This document shows positions 26,901 to 41,900 of a stretch of DNA of 64,000 nt, piece after piece. A program made the translations under genes and the position numbers. The DNA lies in NCBI GenBank assembly GCA_030141605.1, contig JAQGDQ010000123.1, positions 515,717 to 579,716 of the forward strand. Reading direction: 5' to 3'. The stretch is from Tubiluchus corallicola (Eukaryota; Animalia; Priapulida). Each line of letters opens with the position of its first letter. Positions within the stretch are counted from its first letter, which is position 1. The notes below the pieces were generated by a model. It was given only the letters and a program-made list of their open reading frames with translations. It was not told the origin of the DNA and did not search any database.

Positions 26901-29900
26901 AGCAGACTTGAATGTTTGTCTCTGATTTTCTTTAATAAACTTCAGTATATTAGCTCAAAAGTCATTGTAATAATAATAGCAATTTATTTCCTTAATACTC
27001 ATGGTACAGTTCAACCAATTATGAAGTTGAAGTTTCCAATTGCTGCTTAAAAACAATTATCGTGATTGACAGTTTGTTTCAAAATGCAGACTCACACGAG
27101 TTACTCATGCATTCCCTTTTTTACCAGAAATTCAACTGATCAAAATTTGCATATACAACCTTTAATTCCTCTTGAGAAAAAGTGACAGTGCTGCTGCAGC
27201 TGCTGGCATCGACTATGGCACTGCTCAAGCCTTGTTTCATTACTTGCCGCTGATAAATCTTTTCTTCTATGGTGCCCTGTATAAGACAAAATAACTAACA
27301 CACCTGCAAATAAATATGTAATGCAACAGTAACATTGGTTAATACATATAGACAGCTAGGTAACAGAACCATCTCAAAACAGTATTGTAGGCCCCCAGAA
27401 AAGCAGTGTATTGGGACCCCCTACCTACACAACCATTCTGGAACAAAAATGTAAATGTCGATAAAATTAAACATATATTTATTGTATTGGTACTTCCAGT
27501 ATAGTATAGTATAGCTTAGCATAGTATTTATTTATTGACAGCAAATCACAACATTCATAGATTAGCATGGGCCCGATGCACATCGAGTCCCGGGGCAACT
27601 GCCCAGCATGCCCATGCATTAGAGATGCCTCTGCCATGCAAGGCTAATAGTACAACAGTTAAAGGTCTACATTTACTAGGAAGTGAAATGTGAAAGCAGG
27701 TTTAGAGAAAACAGAATTCCTACAATTAAGCTGTTACCGAATTGAAATATTTTATAACATATTTTCCTGAAGCAAAAGGTACAATGTAAGTACTGCCAAC
27801 AAGTTGTTGGCATTTAGCAACCAACAAACAAGGATCGTGAATGCATCTTCTCAAGCGGAGCAATAAGCGGCTTCATGTAACAATAAACCTTCGTTGTACA
27901 AAAGACTGCAGATCCCAAGTCAGATGTCACTAGAATGGTTATTTGCAATCTGCCAAGTGCTTTACAGTAAAAAAGACAATGACACCATCCCAGACACGGA
28001 CTCCATAAGTGGTCCAATGGTTGAACTGCGCAGATAGAGTACAGTATCAGGAATTAGGTCTTTACAAGTGAGAACAGGCATATTCCAAGTTTTTTCACGT
28101 ACTCCCAGCCACTAATGTGAGCTACTTTTCTTGTCTAAGAGTCACACCACAAGTTGAAAAAGTGCAAGGAAAAGATTGGAAGATTCATCTAGTAATACAA
28201 CATCTACATTCATCAAGATTAAGATTATGACAGAGGTTCGGCAAAACGTTTGTCAGTAATACGGTCATGTATTTGAGTGGGCCGGCTGACACTTTAAATG
28301 AGATCCTGACCTCCCCAGACAATGTGATACTTGCTGAAAGACGATGTGATCAACCTGACAAGACGTTGTCCAGGACATGTGGGTCTCCCGCTATGATTCA
28401 TCACAATTCAAATCAACAACTCTTATGCATATAAAAAGCTAACAGTGCATTTCTGTAACTATCTACATAGTAGATGACAATGAGTGCAAGTTTTCTTGAA
28501 CAGCTTGAACCACTTTCTGTCTGCAGAAGCAGAGAGTGGAGTCCTTTTGTTAGACATGTACAATTGTGCAGGCATTAGTATCCACATCATTTTACATCAT
28601 TCAGTCAATTATAGGCATGACATCAATACCATGGGACACTTCCAGCACCTGTGCCATAGTGGCCAGTATGCTGTGGATGCCTGTAATAAGCAGCATGCTA
28701 GGGTTCCCCGTTTGTGCATGGTTAGTATGCATTATCATAATCTATAATTACATAATAATTCATAGGTTTTTGTTACTATTTTTACTAGGTGGCATTTAGC
28801 TAGCATGGCACATTACTGGGAAAGGGGAGACCAGAAAAGAAAAGCAGCAACCGCTACCTGCCAATTTCATGTGACGGGCAAATGATCCAAAAACTGTATC
28901 TAAACTAATTGCGTTATGGTTAGTAAATAAAACGATATTGTAGAAGAAAACACCTAAAAATGATTCAATCCAATTCTAAGAATAAAATTGCTTTTAAAAG
29001 ACAGTAATAAAATACCACTGTGAGCAGACGATATATGTGCACTGTTCTTTTCTGTCCATCTCGCCATACACGAGCCATGGCCTGCAGGTCATTGGCCGGA
29101 TTCCAGTCAATGTCGTAGAGAATAAGCCTCGAAGCTCCGATCAGGTTTAATCCTTGTCCGCCAGCTTTGCAGCTTAGTAAGAATACAGCTAGAATGCGAA
29201 TACAACAGAATTTAATTAATAATTTATGCAAGTCATGGATCGAACTCATCGTTGACAAAGATATCAAGCAGTTTCTTCTAGTATTAGTATTTATAAAATT
29301 TCATGTCCATAAGCTTAAATAATGATGCCAAATTTAGGTGTGTTTGAAGTGACATATACCAACAAAATTACCACCTTTTTAGCCATTTCTAAATATGAGC
29401 AAGAATGCAAAACCAAACTACATCACGATTTCACTAACCACATAAACAACTAAAACTCTACATACTTTCTGAAGCGTTCCTGTTGTTAAACTGATCTACC
29501 AGTTCTTGCCGTCTACTGGAAGGTGTTGTCCCATCCAGTCTCAAGTAACGATAATTGCTTTTAACGCACACTTCTTGTAAAATATCTAACGTCTAAAAAC
29601 ATTAACCACTTGATTACAAATACATTTCAACTGCATCGATGTACAACAAATTTAGGACGAGGTTTCTCAGGAATTTACAAAATAAACAATTTAGTGGTTG
29701 TAGTTTACAAATAGTGGTAACTTTTAACACAATTTAATTACGGTGTAACAATTAATACTCATAGTATATAGTATAATAATAAGTGCTATTAATACAATTA
29801 TGAATGCATGTTTAAACTTTATTGCATTTTCTTTATGGCATATTCAGACGTCGAGACTTCTCCCGCAACTTCTCTCTGAGAGTACGCCACACGTGTGAAT

Positions 29901-32900
29901 GGTTGGCAACTTTTCTTGCAGCTTATTGCAAACCCAGAAGGAAAAGAGAAAAGTTGCACAGCAAGTTGCGAGAGAAGTTGCCAAACCACTCACACCTGCA
30001 ACTACTCTCAGACAGAAGTTGCGCAGCAAATTGCGAGATTAGTCTCTACGTCTGAACGTGCCAGTAGCATACCTCAGTATAATTTGAAACAACAACAGAT
30101 TTCTCTACATTTTTGTTTGTTGCATGAAAAGAGTACAGCAAGCTAGATAACACAAGGAGTTTCCCTGAATGTTCTGCCAGTGACACGTGCTCTCCAGAAA
30201 ACAATGACAGTATATCGTCAAAAAGGCACAACTGTATGGAATAACAGACAGCCAAAATTAATATGCCATAAGAGTAATAAAACATAAGTTACATGCAGAA
30301 ATTTAGTACAGTTAACTGTGCATGCTTGCACAGACAACAGTAATCAGAAAAATAAGGATTTTGATCAAGAAGTTGATTGACTAAGATACTAAGCTGGCGA
30401 ATTCAGACTCAATTTGTGAAAGGAAATTTATCTTTTTTGAGAGGGATTACAATATTTTGTTTACGTACAGTATGTAGATTTAACAGTACTGCTAATTTAC
30501 AACAGCTAGTGTTCTTGTTGGTAAGACAAAGTTAGTTTCAATTGTAGAAAAGTCATGTTCAAGACTACAGAATGTAAAATACCAAAAGCAAAATCAACAT
30601 CAGAAATCAAAATTTTATAAGACATAGACAATTTATTTTTCTTCTCTTAAGCATAATGCAACAAATCAACAATTGACTGGATGTATGTTCCTTCCATTTC
30701 AGGACTGTGAATTTATAACGATATCATTTTGAAGTAACTTTAAAAAAAATAAAATCTATAATACTAACTAACATGTACCTAATAATAGGCCCAGATCTAT
30801 AATAAAGTCACAGGAAAAAAGTCACGGAAAAAGCCACAGTTCTGGCTAAGGTCAGGGTTAGGGTTATTTTTTTTCCAATGCATTTTGTCAGCAACTTTTT
30901 TACCTGGGATCAGATAACCAGTAATGATAGTAATGCTAGTTGTTACAGTAGTCAGCTATAAGACTAGATCTTAACTTTAATAATGTTTATATTTTAGATT
31001 ACGATAGGAAGCAGTTTTCATATCACTGGGAAGGCTATTCCACAAAATAGACCCTGGAATTTCAGTGACCTGTCTCAAATTTGTGTTGAAACGTTCTATG
31101 TCATAATTGCTGCTGCTTGCAAATCTAGAGTTGTAATCATGTGTTGTGTCTATAGAGTGATAGTAATAAGAAAACAGTACTGGATGAGTGTTATGTTTGA
31201 ATCTGTAAACAAAATTGTTTAATTCTAATTTATGTATGTTTTAGTTTTAGCAGGTTTAATTCATAACACAACGATGTAACATGAGCTCTTCTACTGGCAA
31301 ATGTCATTAATTAAATAAATTTATTTTGATTGATTGTAAGGGGTTTCAAAGCTGAATTAGGGGCAATGCCATGAACAGTCAGAAATGAGTTTCATTGTAT
31401 CTTTATTGATATTATGCCCAATTTAAAAAAAGACATTCCATTAATTTTGCTTATTTTGCTGTTAACATGTTGGAATGGGAATGCCATGCCAATTAATAGT
31501 CAATTATTATTCCCAAGTGTTGTTCCTATATCTGTAATTGTCATGTGGCCTAAAACCAATTATTGCACCAAAATAATTGAGATTCTTTTATCATTTGTCT
31601 GGGAATAGTTTGTTCATCTAGCCCTGTGTTTAGCTACAACTCTGGCAAAGATGTAGTAATCGGTAATTTATGCTACGTATCGTCCATTGTTAAAGATCCA
31701 ACATGCCAGATAATACAGAAACAATTTGTATAACGACTATAACACAAAGCATGGTAAATGAGCAAGCATTCAGTAACTCAGCGAGCGTCTGCTTGTACAG
31801 TGAATGAGGCGCATGCGCATTTTTCCCACGATCTTGTGCTGATAGGCAAGCCTGTTCGAGTGCTTGTTGCTGGAGCTGATGTACAAAGGAAAAGTACGGC
31901 AGAAAATATTGCCCTCAACGCGAAGCACAATGTAGCAATGAATGATTTCAGTGAATTAGTTGAGGAACGTACTGATCATTACAAAACGAATCGGAGAATC
32001 ATCATGTGAAAGAAATTGCCACAAATACCTTCAGTAATGCAAGTTATGAAGATTACGAACCGGCTGTGCCGAGGAGCTTAATGAATGGAAAGCAGTTCAA
32101 ACGCAATTCGATACTCGGGTAAGACGTATTACAAACATATTCGCTCCGCCATATTGACCCCATACTAATGCGATAAATTAGTTAAGGACTGCAATTAGAA
32201 ACGTTTTTTCCAATAACAAGAAACGTCTTATGATACAACAAAAAATTGCTATACGGGAAGAATGTAGCAACATAGTTTATGAGACATTGAGTTTAATTTA
32301 ATAAATGTACCGGCAGTCCATAAATGCAAGTACATTTTTGGTGGGGAGGGGGTTTGAATCTCTCCAAACTTAGATCGTGAGAAACAATTTTAAGTTGAGT
32401 GTAAGAGTGAAGTCATGTGAAAGAAGCTTTTCAAAGCTTAAACAAACCAAAAACTGCTTGCGATCCACAATGGAACAGTCAAAGCTATCTGATCTTTCGG
32501 TTTTATCTGTTAAAATTGACTTAGCAAAAGTAATTGATTTTGATGAAGTAATTGACAACTTTGCAGCAGTGAAATCCAGGAATGGAAAGTTCTGATTGCT
32601 GACATAAATTATAATTAGTAAAATACTGAACTGTTTGTGTTTTAATGCCAGTTTCTTTTGATACTTCAACTAAGAAGTGTATTTTCATATGATTAAAAGT
32701 GCTGCTTCAATGTGCAAATATATCATAAAAATTAAAAATATTAAGTTTTCAATTTAAAATAAACATTGTCAGTATACTAATGTGTGCTTAGCACTTTAAC
32801 TCAGTAGGATGGAAAATAAAGTGATGTTGTCTAGATGATGTTTCTCCTAATCGCCATGCAGCAAGTACTAGCTATGCACATAAGATCATACTAAAGGATA

Positions 32901-35900
32901 CAGTATATAAGCTCCAATGCACGTTTGATACCATGAGTACTGCACCGAATGACACCAACCTTGTGGTTGCCAGATTAGAAAATTAGAAATATGGGACACT
33001 CTTATAATCTCTTTCCATACACACACATATATAATATAAGAGATTATAAGTGTCCCATATTTCTAATTTTCTAATCTGGCAACCATAGGGCAACTGTATA
33101 TATATATATATAGACATAAATTTAAACACGCCTAACACCCAGATCAATATATTATATAAAAGTAGAGACATAAGTTAAAAACATTAAGCAGGGATTTTAA
33201 TGGGTTATGAGGAAAACAAAAGTAAAATCATTTGAAAATATTTATTTAATACCGAAAATGGAGAAATATTATGATTATTTAATAATTACATTTGGGATAT
33301 TTTCATCAAAAGGATCTGAGAAAAGAAAATACAATTATTCATAAAGTTACTAGTAAGAACCCGTAAGAAGGTAGTAAAAATGCATTTTTATCACGAAATT
33401 TGAAAATGAACTAAATACGCCACGGGGGACAAAATTATCAAATATGGGACATGTCCTGTATATAAGGGACGTCCAGCAACCCTAACCCTAGCGAAGCCCC
33501 TGTTCACCAGACAGGCACACCTTAGACGTAGATATTTTTCTTCTCCGTCAGTATATGATTAAATTATTCGTGAGGCAAACAAATAATAAATTTATTTAGG
33601 AGATGGGCTAGGAAAGAGCTCAATGAACAACTTTTAGCTCCTTTGATGATTTTCAAAATTTATAGTAATTCTTTTCAATGGAAGGCATCTGTTACATAAT
33701 AGCAAAATGTTTACTACAACAATGTTGTGAGATACATAAGTTATTAATAACATCCTAGCATTTTAGGAATAACTCATCATTTAAATTTTTGACAGGACAA
33801 AGTTTATAGGCTTCAAAGTAAAATATCCTCTAAAATCTAATAAATCTTAACAATTTTATGCATACTAAAACTGCTGTGATGCCCAGGTATTGCCTTTTCC
33901 ACAGTTTTTGTGTGGCACTCCAGCACTCAGCCTTGGCTTATTTAATACCAGTGATTGTGGCACACCAGTACTCAGCCCTGGCTTATTTAATACCGGCGGT
34001 TGTGACAGGATCTGGCAAAGGATTCTGTGATAATCAGGAATTATCAAGGATAATCCTTTAGATGAAACAGTGAATTGGCAGAAGTGTCTCAGCCCGGTTG
34101 GGAAGATGAATACACTCCCTGAAGGAGATAAGCAGCCCGAATCAGTGTAGTAAGTGAAACAGTTTAAAGTTCATATAGAATCCAGTGGTCATCTATATCG
34201 CATTCACTGACCAGTGCTAGGTTGCGGAGTTGAGCCTAAAAGCACATCAATGTGGGTTCCTGATTGATGAAAGTCGACCCCAAACCTGACTCTTGAGGCC
34301 TGACTCCCAGAAGTTCTTAAAATTTTGATTTTTGAGGCATTTTATTAACCAGACTCAAACCATTAGATGATAGATATTATATTATGAACCTTAAGTAAAG
34401 GTACTGCTTAATATTTATGTTTAAGGCAGGAGTATTTTATTATCAACAGACTGTGGCTTTTCTTTACCTGAAGATCTAATCAGCAAAACATTAGAACCAA
34501 TGGAATTTTAAATGCATTGTTTTAAGCTGCAGACCCTGCATTGATCAGCTTCAGTATTGTTTAATTTTACTTATCTAAGCATATGCCATTATAATTCGGC
34601 TATCACCCTTGCCACAGAGATACTAAAAAGTATTATTATACTGTATTAATAGCATGTAATTATATAAAAATAACTTCCTGAAGTTTTTCTAGACAATAAA
34701 AGAGTAGCTATAAATTGTTGATATTATGATTTATAAATTATTGAACATGTTTTATTTGTTTTGACTTAAAGATTTGAAAGACATGGGGAAGCATTTTGCA
34801 ATTTTTTAACTCATTATCATTGAATATTAGAGCTACATTTATAGCCGAATGACTGTTATAAGTCTGTTGCTACTAAGCTTTAATTATCTGACTTTTTTGG
34901 TGAAACAGTTGTCTTAGCTATCAAAACTGACTAATTTGTTGCTAAAATAGAACATGTGACAGCAATTTTTGCAAAAAGTTAAAAGTCAAATGAAAACTAA
35001 CATGAGAAAACGAATAATTTTTAAGAACAAGAAACAAAGCCATTAGAAGTGCTATTTAGTACACCGCTGTGCGCTATCTTCCGATATGATTTATTGAAGA
35101 CATTTTATTTTGTTTTCCAAACTCTTAGCATCGACTAAGCACGGCATCGAATTGCACCAAGGAAATTCTGTCCTTTTGTCCGTTATGCTACAGATTTTGT
35201 TATGTTACTTTTGTTTTCTATATTATTGTGTTATGGTTTTGAAGTAGTTTTGCAAGGTTGTCTCTCATACCAGTTCAGTTCTTTGGTGTCTTGATCATCT
35301 TAGGCGTGTATTTTTTGTTGCCTCAGATGTGAGATATCAAAAGCCGACAATATACCTTTAGTCTGTTCCCGCAAAATTCAGTTACTTTTTTAGTCACTTT
35401 TCGATTTATACATGCCCATTAAAAAATTTTACGAAACGAAATTGTGTAAATACATGGCAACAATTTCAAAATAGAAAGCATGAATTTTTTTTACTCGAGA
35501 GAGGTACTCTGACTTTTCAGACTCAGAAATAAACACTTGTACTTCAATTACTTGTGTTGGATAAGTAATCCATGTTGTTTATGTTGGGAATTAGGGTTAT
35601 GATTCTATTTAATTTTACTGTAGCATTATTCTTCGAGAAAAATCATTATTTAATGTTTTTAATCTCGAATTTTATATTAGTTAAAGTTAACGTTTTATTC
35701 ACAGGTGAACAATTTGATGCTAGGAAAGCAAGTGAATAGTCTGCACAATCCCTTGTTCAATCATGAATGCTTATGAAATGAACGAAGAGCTGCAAGCTGC
35801 CATTGAACAGTTAGAACTTGAGCAAATCGATCTGTGTGGAGAGCAGGCTGGCGAAAGCTCTATTTCAGAACTGGTTTATACTAACAGCATCAAAAATATT

Positions 35901-38900
35901 ACTAGCAGCGTAACAGATGTGGGCTCAGTACAGCAGCAGCAAGCAGGCAGTCAGACTCGTTCAGCTGTGACTCATGCTACGTATCAGCAGCAGGCTCTAT
36001 CCAGAATAAATGAGTTTAATGTCAGCCTTGAGCTTATGAATACAGCCTGCGTTGATAGTAGAGATGGTTTGTGTGCGCTGGGTACCGGGACCGCTGTAAA
36101 AGATTTTGTCACTTTGGACGAATTCCAAGCTCTGCAGCAGAATCAAATGAAAGAATCATTTTCTGCTAGTGGGTTACTAGAGAGTTTAAACAATAATGAA
36201 ATAACTAATGGTACACCAGAGCATTTAGACAATAATGAAAATGTTTTTGACACTCTACAGAGTGAAGGGTACATTGAAACTGCTATTGATTCATTAGGGA
36301 CATTAGAGAATAACGACGTTGCTGTGACTATTGGCAGCAATGCATTAGATATAAATCTACTGCCGTTCAGCCAGCAAGACTCAGATCATTCGTTGTCTAG
36401 GCAACAACACACTACTTCACAAAAAGTAGAAATCAATAAGCAATATGAATTGGATCTGCCCATAGAAGATGTTACGGAGCAACGTCTTGCTAGTGATGTT
36501 ACCAAGCAGATGTGCAGTGATTATGGTATTGATGTGAAATTCAGTGTGGAAAATTTTACAAGTATGCCTGTAAATAATCAGGATAATGACTTGAATCGTG
36601 ATATAGATGATTCTGATTCTGATTCTTCAGATTCAGATTCTAATTCTGACGACTTTGATAATCAGGACAGTATTCAGAATTCAGTTGCTCCTTTAAATGA
36701 AAAAACTTCTGATAGCATAATTAATGGTTCGGTTTTCGAACGCAATGAAGCTAAAGTGATAAGTGGTTTTCCCATTAGTCTAAACAGTGATAATGTTGAA
36801 CAATTACAAGTAGAATGTAAAATCACAAATTCTCCAGTAAATATTGAAGAATGTCAAAAATACACAATAGAAAATTCCTGTAAGACGATCTTATTCAAAA
36901 CTGATGAACAGTGTGAATGTCTCGACTGTGGTGCATCACTGAGTAATCTTCTGAGTTCACAAGAACATCTTGGATTAATGACAGCCGTTGTGAAGTTGTG
37001 TACATGCTTACAGGAAGGTAGAAAATGTTTACATTATGCAAATGAAGTAAGCACCTCTAAGTTACATGTGAGTGAACTATACAGTTGTCATATGTGTGAA
37101 ATAACTTTTCACAGACTGTCTGCATTAACAAATCACATGGTTATGAAACATAATGATGAGGACTCAACTGACAATCAAAGTGTTGCTGCTAATTACATAC
37201 AACCACCTGCTAGTTTGCAAAAGACCCATAAATGTGGAATTTGTCCAGCTTCATTTTCCAATGTTTTTAATTTGCAAAAGCATGGTAGAGTTGTTCATAG
37301 TGCAATACCAAAACAGTATCGATGTACTAAATGTACTGCTTCTTTTCAAGCCTTGAAGAATTTAACATTACATCTTCGGCTTCACGAAAATGAGCAGCAG
37401 TCATTTGAGTCTCAGCGAATAGATAAAATAGCGACAAAAACCCCAACAGCAGGAACTGATGAAGCCAGTAAGCCTGATCAAGCTAGTAAGCCTGACAGTA
37501 TTGACAAAATACCAGTGAATGGCATTAAGAAGGCTGGGAATACAGATGAGAAATCAATAAAGTGTAGAATGTGCCCGGCTGCATTTAAACATACAGCAAG
37601 CCTTAAAAGGCACATACAAATCACTCATAACAAGATAAAAATGTATTCATGCAAACTCTGCCCAGCTAGATTTGGAGTTAAATCAACAGTTAAAAAACAT
37701 ATGAGTGATGTGCATGGGGGTGTGCCTAAAAAGTATAAATGTCAACATTGTACTGCTTCATACAGAGCCCTGAAGAATTTGCAGCGGCACATGAAACTTC
37801 ATATTGCTAAATTACAGCCTGTACAGGAAAAAAAGAAAAACCAGTACCTCTGTTTTTTGTGTAGCACAAGATGTTCATCAGCGGATGTTCTTAAAGAACA
37901 TATTAAAACCCACTCTGAGACGAAAGAGCCAACGGCAGATATAACAACTACACCAAGAAAAGCACTTCTGAAGATATTTAAGTGTAATGTCTGCTCAGTT
38001 AGTTTTCACAGTCGACTAGACAGGGATGTGCATTTGCAAACTGCTCATGAGAAGGCAAAATCAACACCTGAGCAACAAAACAGTAGCTTGGATTCCAGTA
38101 TATGCAGGGTATGCAAAAACAGTTTTAATTCTAAAGCTCTCTTGGACCAGCACATGAAGCAGTATAAGAAGCTGTATGAGTGTAATGCTTGCCCTGCTAT
38201 GTTCAAAGTATCCACTAACAGAAATAAACACGTGAATAATGTGCATTCTGGTGCATTAAAGGCTTTCCGATGCGATGTTTGTGGAGGTGGATTTCACAGA
38301 GAATATAGCTTGCAAAGCCACATGCTACTGCATAATCAAGCCCACAAAGAGCAATATAAGTGTGATAAGTGTGATTTCAATTGTAATTCGTCAGAACAGC
38401 TGAAGACTCATATCATTTGCAAGCATTCAGTAACTGCACAAAGTCCTGGAATTATCATAATGGACACTCCAACTGTAAGCCTGCAAAAAATCAAAGTAGA
38501 AGATTCACATGCCGAGGCTATTACTATTCAGGAGTCTGCAGACATGGATTTTTGTGAAGATATGGAGCACTGTTGTGACATTTGTGGAAAGTTTTTCATG
38601 AAAGAGTCAGAGTTACTAGTACATGAAAAAGTACACATGGCACTAAAACCTTATAAATGTGGAATTTGTGGTCTAGACTTTTGTGACATGAGTACACTTG
38701 ACATCCACCAAACATCACATACCAACAAGTCATATGAAGCATACACAAAAATGGTTGCCGAGACTTCAAATTCAAGCTGCTATGTTGACTTCCAAAATAT
38801 TGGTATGCGAGAACTACACAGCAGTGGTAATGAAAATCTTAGTAATGAGAGAAAAGTGCCATTTGGGAAGAAAAGAGAAAGAGTTTATGAGTGTGACACG

Positions 38901-41900
38901 TGCAAGAAAGTCTTCAAAGATGGAGGAACTCTGAAAGTTCATAAGCGCATACACACAAACGAAAGGCCATACATTTGTCACATTTGTCAAGCAACATTCA
39001 GACAACACCACCATCTAGTCAGACATGTAGCAAGCCATAGTGATGATAAACCATTTTCTTGTGATGTGTGCGGAAAAAGATTCAAATTAAGCGAATACCT
39101 CACAACACACAAGGCTGTGCATTCACAGGCTAAGAAATTCAAATGTGGAGTATGCGGCAAAGATTTTCGCCTATACAGCGATTTGAGAGCTCATCAGAAA
39201 GTTCATGCATCAAAAAACGCAAAGACTGATGGTATGTTTGACAATAAGCTTGCTTTTGATAGTCATGATACTAGTCACTCTAGGCTTAAACCCCACAAAT
39301 GTCCCGTTTGTAAGAACGGTTTTAAAGTGGTTCGCCACATGAAAATTCATTTGTGGTCACATTCTAAGAACAATATGCACTATTGTCTCACTTGCGGAAA
39401 AAAATTTCAATCTCAAGTTGGCTTAGCTGTCCACAAAAGAATTCACATTGTAAAAAAAGAACTTGAAGAGGTTGTGAATGCAAGCACTAACTTGACGCAG
39501 TACGTGACCAGCACTAGTAAAGGTAAACAGTACCAATGTCCCGTATGTGAAGTGAAATTTGCACAGTCTACCTATCTGAGTGTACACTTGCGAGTTCACA
39601 CAGGCGAGAAGCCATATAAGTGTGAGGTTTGCAATAGTCGTTTTCGACAAAGAGCCCATCTTAAATGTCACATGTTCACTCACACAGACCACAAACCTTT
39701 TTCTTGCAAAATATGTGCTGCATCTTTTAAGCAACTTTCAGCTTTAAAAAAACATGGTTTAGTACACACTGACTTAAAGCCATACAAATGTGATTCTTGT
39801 AGTGCAGAATTTGCACAATCAACCGACTTGCTAAATCACATTATGGTACATAACGAAAATAGACCCTATACTTGTCAAACTTGTTTCGCTACATTTAAAA
39901 CTGAATCATTCTTCAATAGCCACATTAAAGTACACACCCATCTTAAACCTCACGTTTGTGATGAATGTGGAAAAGACTTTCGAATCGCTGCAAATCTAAC
40001 AGTTCATAAGAGAACTCACTCTAACGAAAAGCCATACCAGTGTCAAATCTGCTCAAAGCGATTTAAACAAACAGGACACTTGAAAGTTCATTTGTCAATA
40101 CATGCAGACTCGAAACCATATAAATGTGATTCTTGTGGTGCCAGTTTTAGGCAACCAGGAAACTTAAAGAGTCACCAAACCGTTCACACAGATGAAAGGC
40201 CACATGTATGTGACATTTGCCAATCAGCTTTTAAAACGTTTAGTTATTTGCAAAGCCACAAGCGAATACATACAGATTTGCGTCCATATAGCTGTACATG
40301 TGGAAAAACATTTAAAACACCAGATGGATTGAAAGCGCACGAGAAAACTCACACAGATGAAAAGCCATATGAATGTCGCCATTGTCATGCACGCTTTAAG
40401 CAGCAGCCTCACCTCAAAACTCATCTACTTACACATAGTACTCACAAACCTTATTGCTGTGACACTTGTGATGCACGCTTTAAACAGTCATCCCACTTGA
40501 AAGTTCACATGGCTGTTCATAGCGATGTGCGACCATTTCCTTGTCATATTTGTGGTGCGGCATTTAAAACATCAACTTCACTCAGTAGTCATAAGCGCAT
40601 TCACACGGACCTGAAGCCATATGTATGTGACGTATGCAACAGAGCCTTTAAATTTTCGGAAGGACTAAAATCTCACAAGAAAACACACTCAGCTGACAAA
40701 CCTTTTTCATGTGACCAGTGTGGAGCATGTTTTAAGTTGGCTGGTTATCTCAAAAGCCATATGCTAGTTCACACTGAAATACGACCCTATTGTTGTTCTA
40801 CATGTGGAGCTACTTTTAAAACAGCCAGTTACCTCCATAACCACAGCAAAATTCACACAGACATTCGACCTCATATTTGCCACATTTGTGGAAAAGGTTT
40901 TAAAATGTCATCAAACTTGCGAGCTCATGCACGAACTCATTCAAACGAGAAACCATATTCTTGTGACCAATGCTCTGCACAGTTTAAGCAAATTGCTCAT
41001 TTAAAGATGCATGTCAGAACTCATTCTGATTTGAAACCCTATAAATGTGATTCCTGCGAATCTCGTTTCCGACAGTCTGCGCATTTAAAAGTTCACATGG
41101 CTGTTCACACTGAATCACGACCATTTGCTTGTGAAATTTGTGGAGCTGCATTTAAAACACAATCATCATTAAACTCACACAAGAAAATCCATACAGACAT
41201 TAAACCTCATTCATGTGATGTATGTGGGAAATCATTCAAATTTGCTGTTGGATTAAAAACTCACAGGCGAATTCATACAAATGAGAGACCTTTCTCTTGC
41301 GATACATGCCATGCTAGTTTTCGACAGGCTGGCAATTTGAAAAGTCATATGGCAGTGCATACAGATGTTCGACCGTACGCATGCCCAACATGTCAAGCTG
41401 CCTTTAAAACATCATACTATCTCCAGAATCACATTAGAATACACACGACTGCTCGTCCATTTCAATGTGATGTCTGTGAAAAATCTTTTAAATTTAAGGA
41501 GGGATTACAATCTCACAAAAAGACACACACAAATGAACGCCCATTTGAGTGCGATACATGCCATGCACGATTCAAGCAAGCTGCTTATCTCAGAAGTCAC
41601 ATGCTTGTACATTCAGATGAAAGAAATCATTTTTGTGACATTTGTGGATCAGCTTTTAAAACTGCTGTTTATCTTGCCAATCATAGGCGCATTCACACTG
41701 ATATGAGACCATACAAATGTGATATTTGTTACAAGGATTTCAAGCTGCCCGATGGCTTAAAGGCACATAAGAAGACACATTCCGATGAAAAACCATACTC
41801 GTGTAATATATGTGGTGCAAAATTCCGGCAAACAGCCCACGTAAAGGCACACATGTTAACCCATTCAGATGCTAAACCTTATAAGTGTGACACCTGTGAT

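Noticed and set aside
27800-28700. Possible LINE reverse-transcriptase relic on the minus strand
   Set aside because: Only faint fragments (IGPLM, SDLG); too degraded to call without an alignment.
30845-30870. TTAGGG-like units (also AACCCTAACCCTA at 33478) as interstitial telomere
   Set aside because: Only 2-3 units, embedded in MITE-like sequence.
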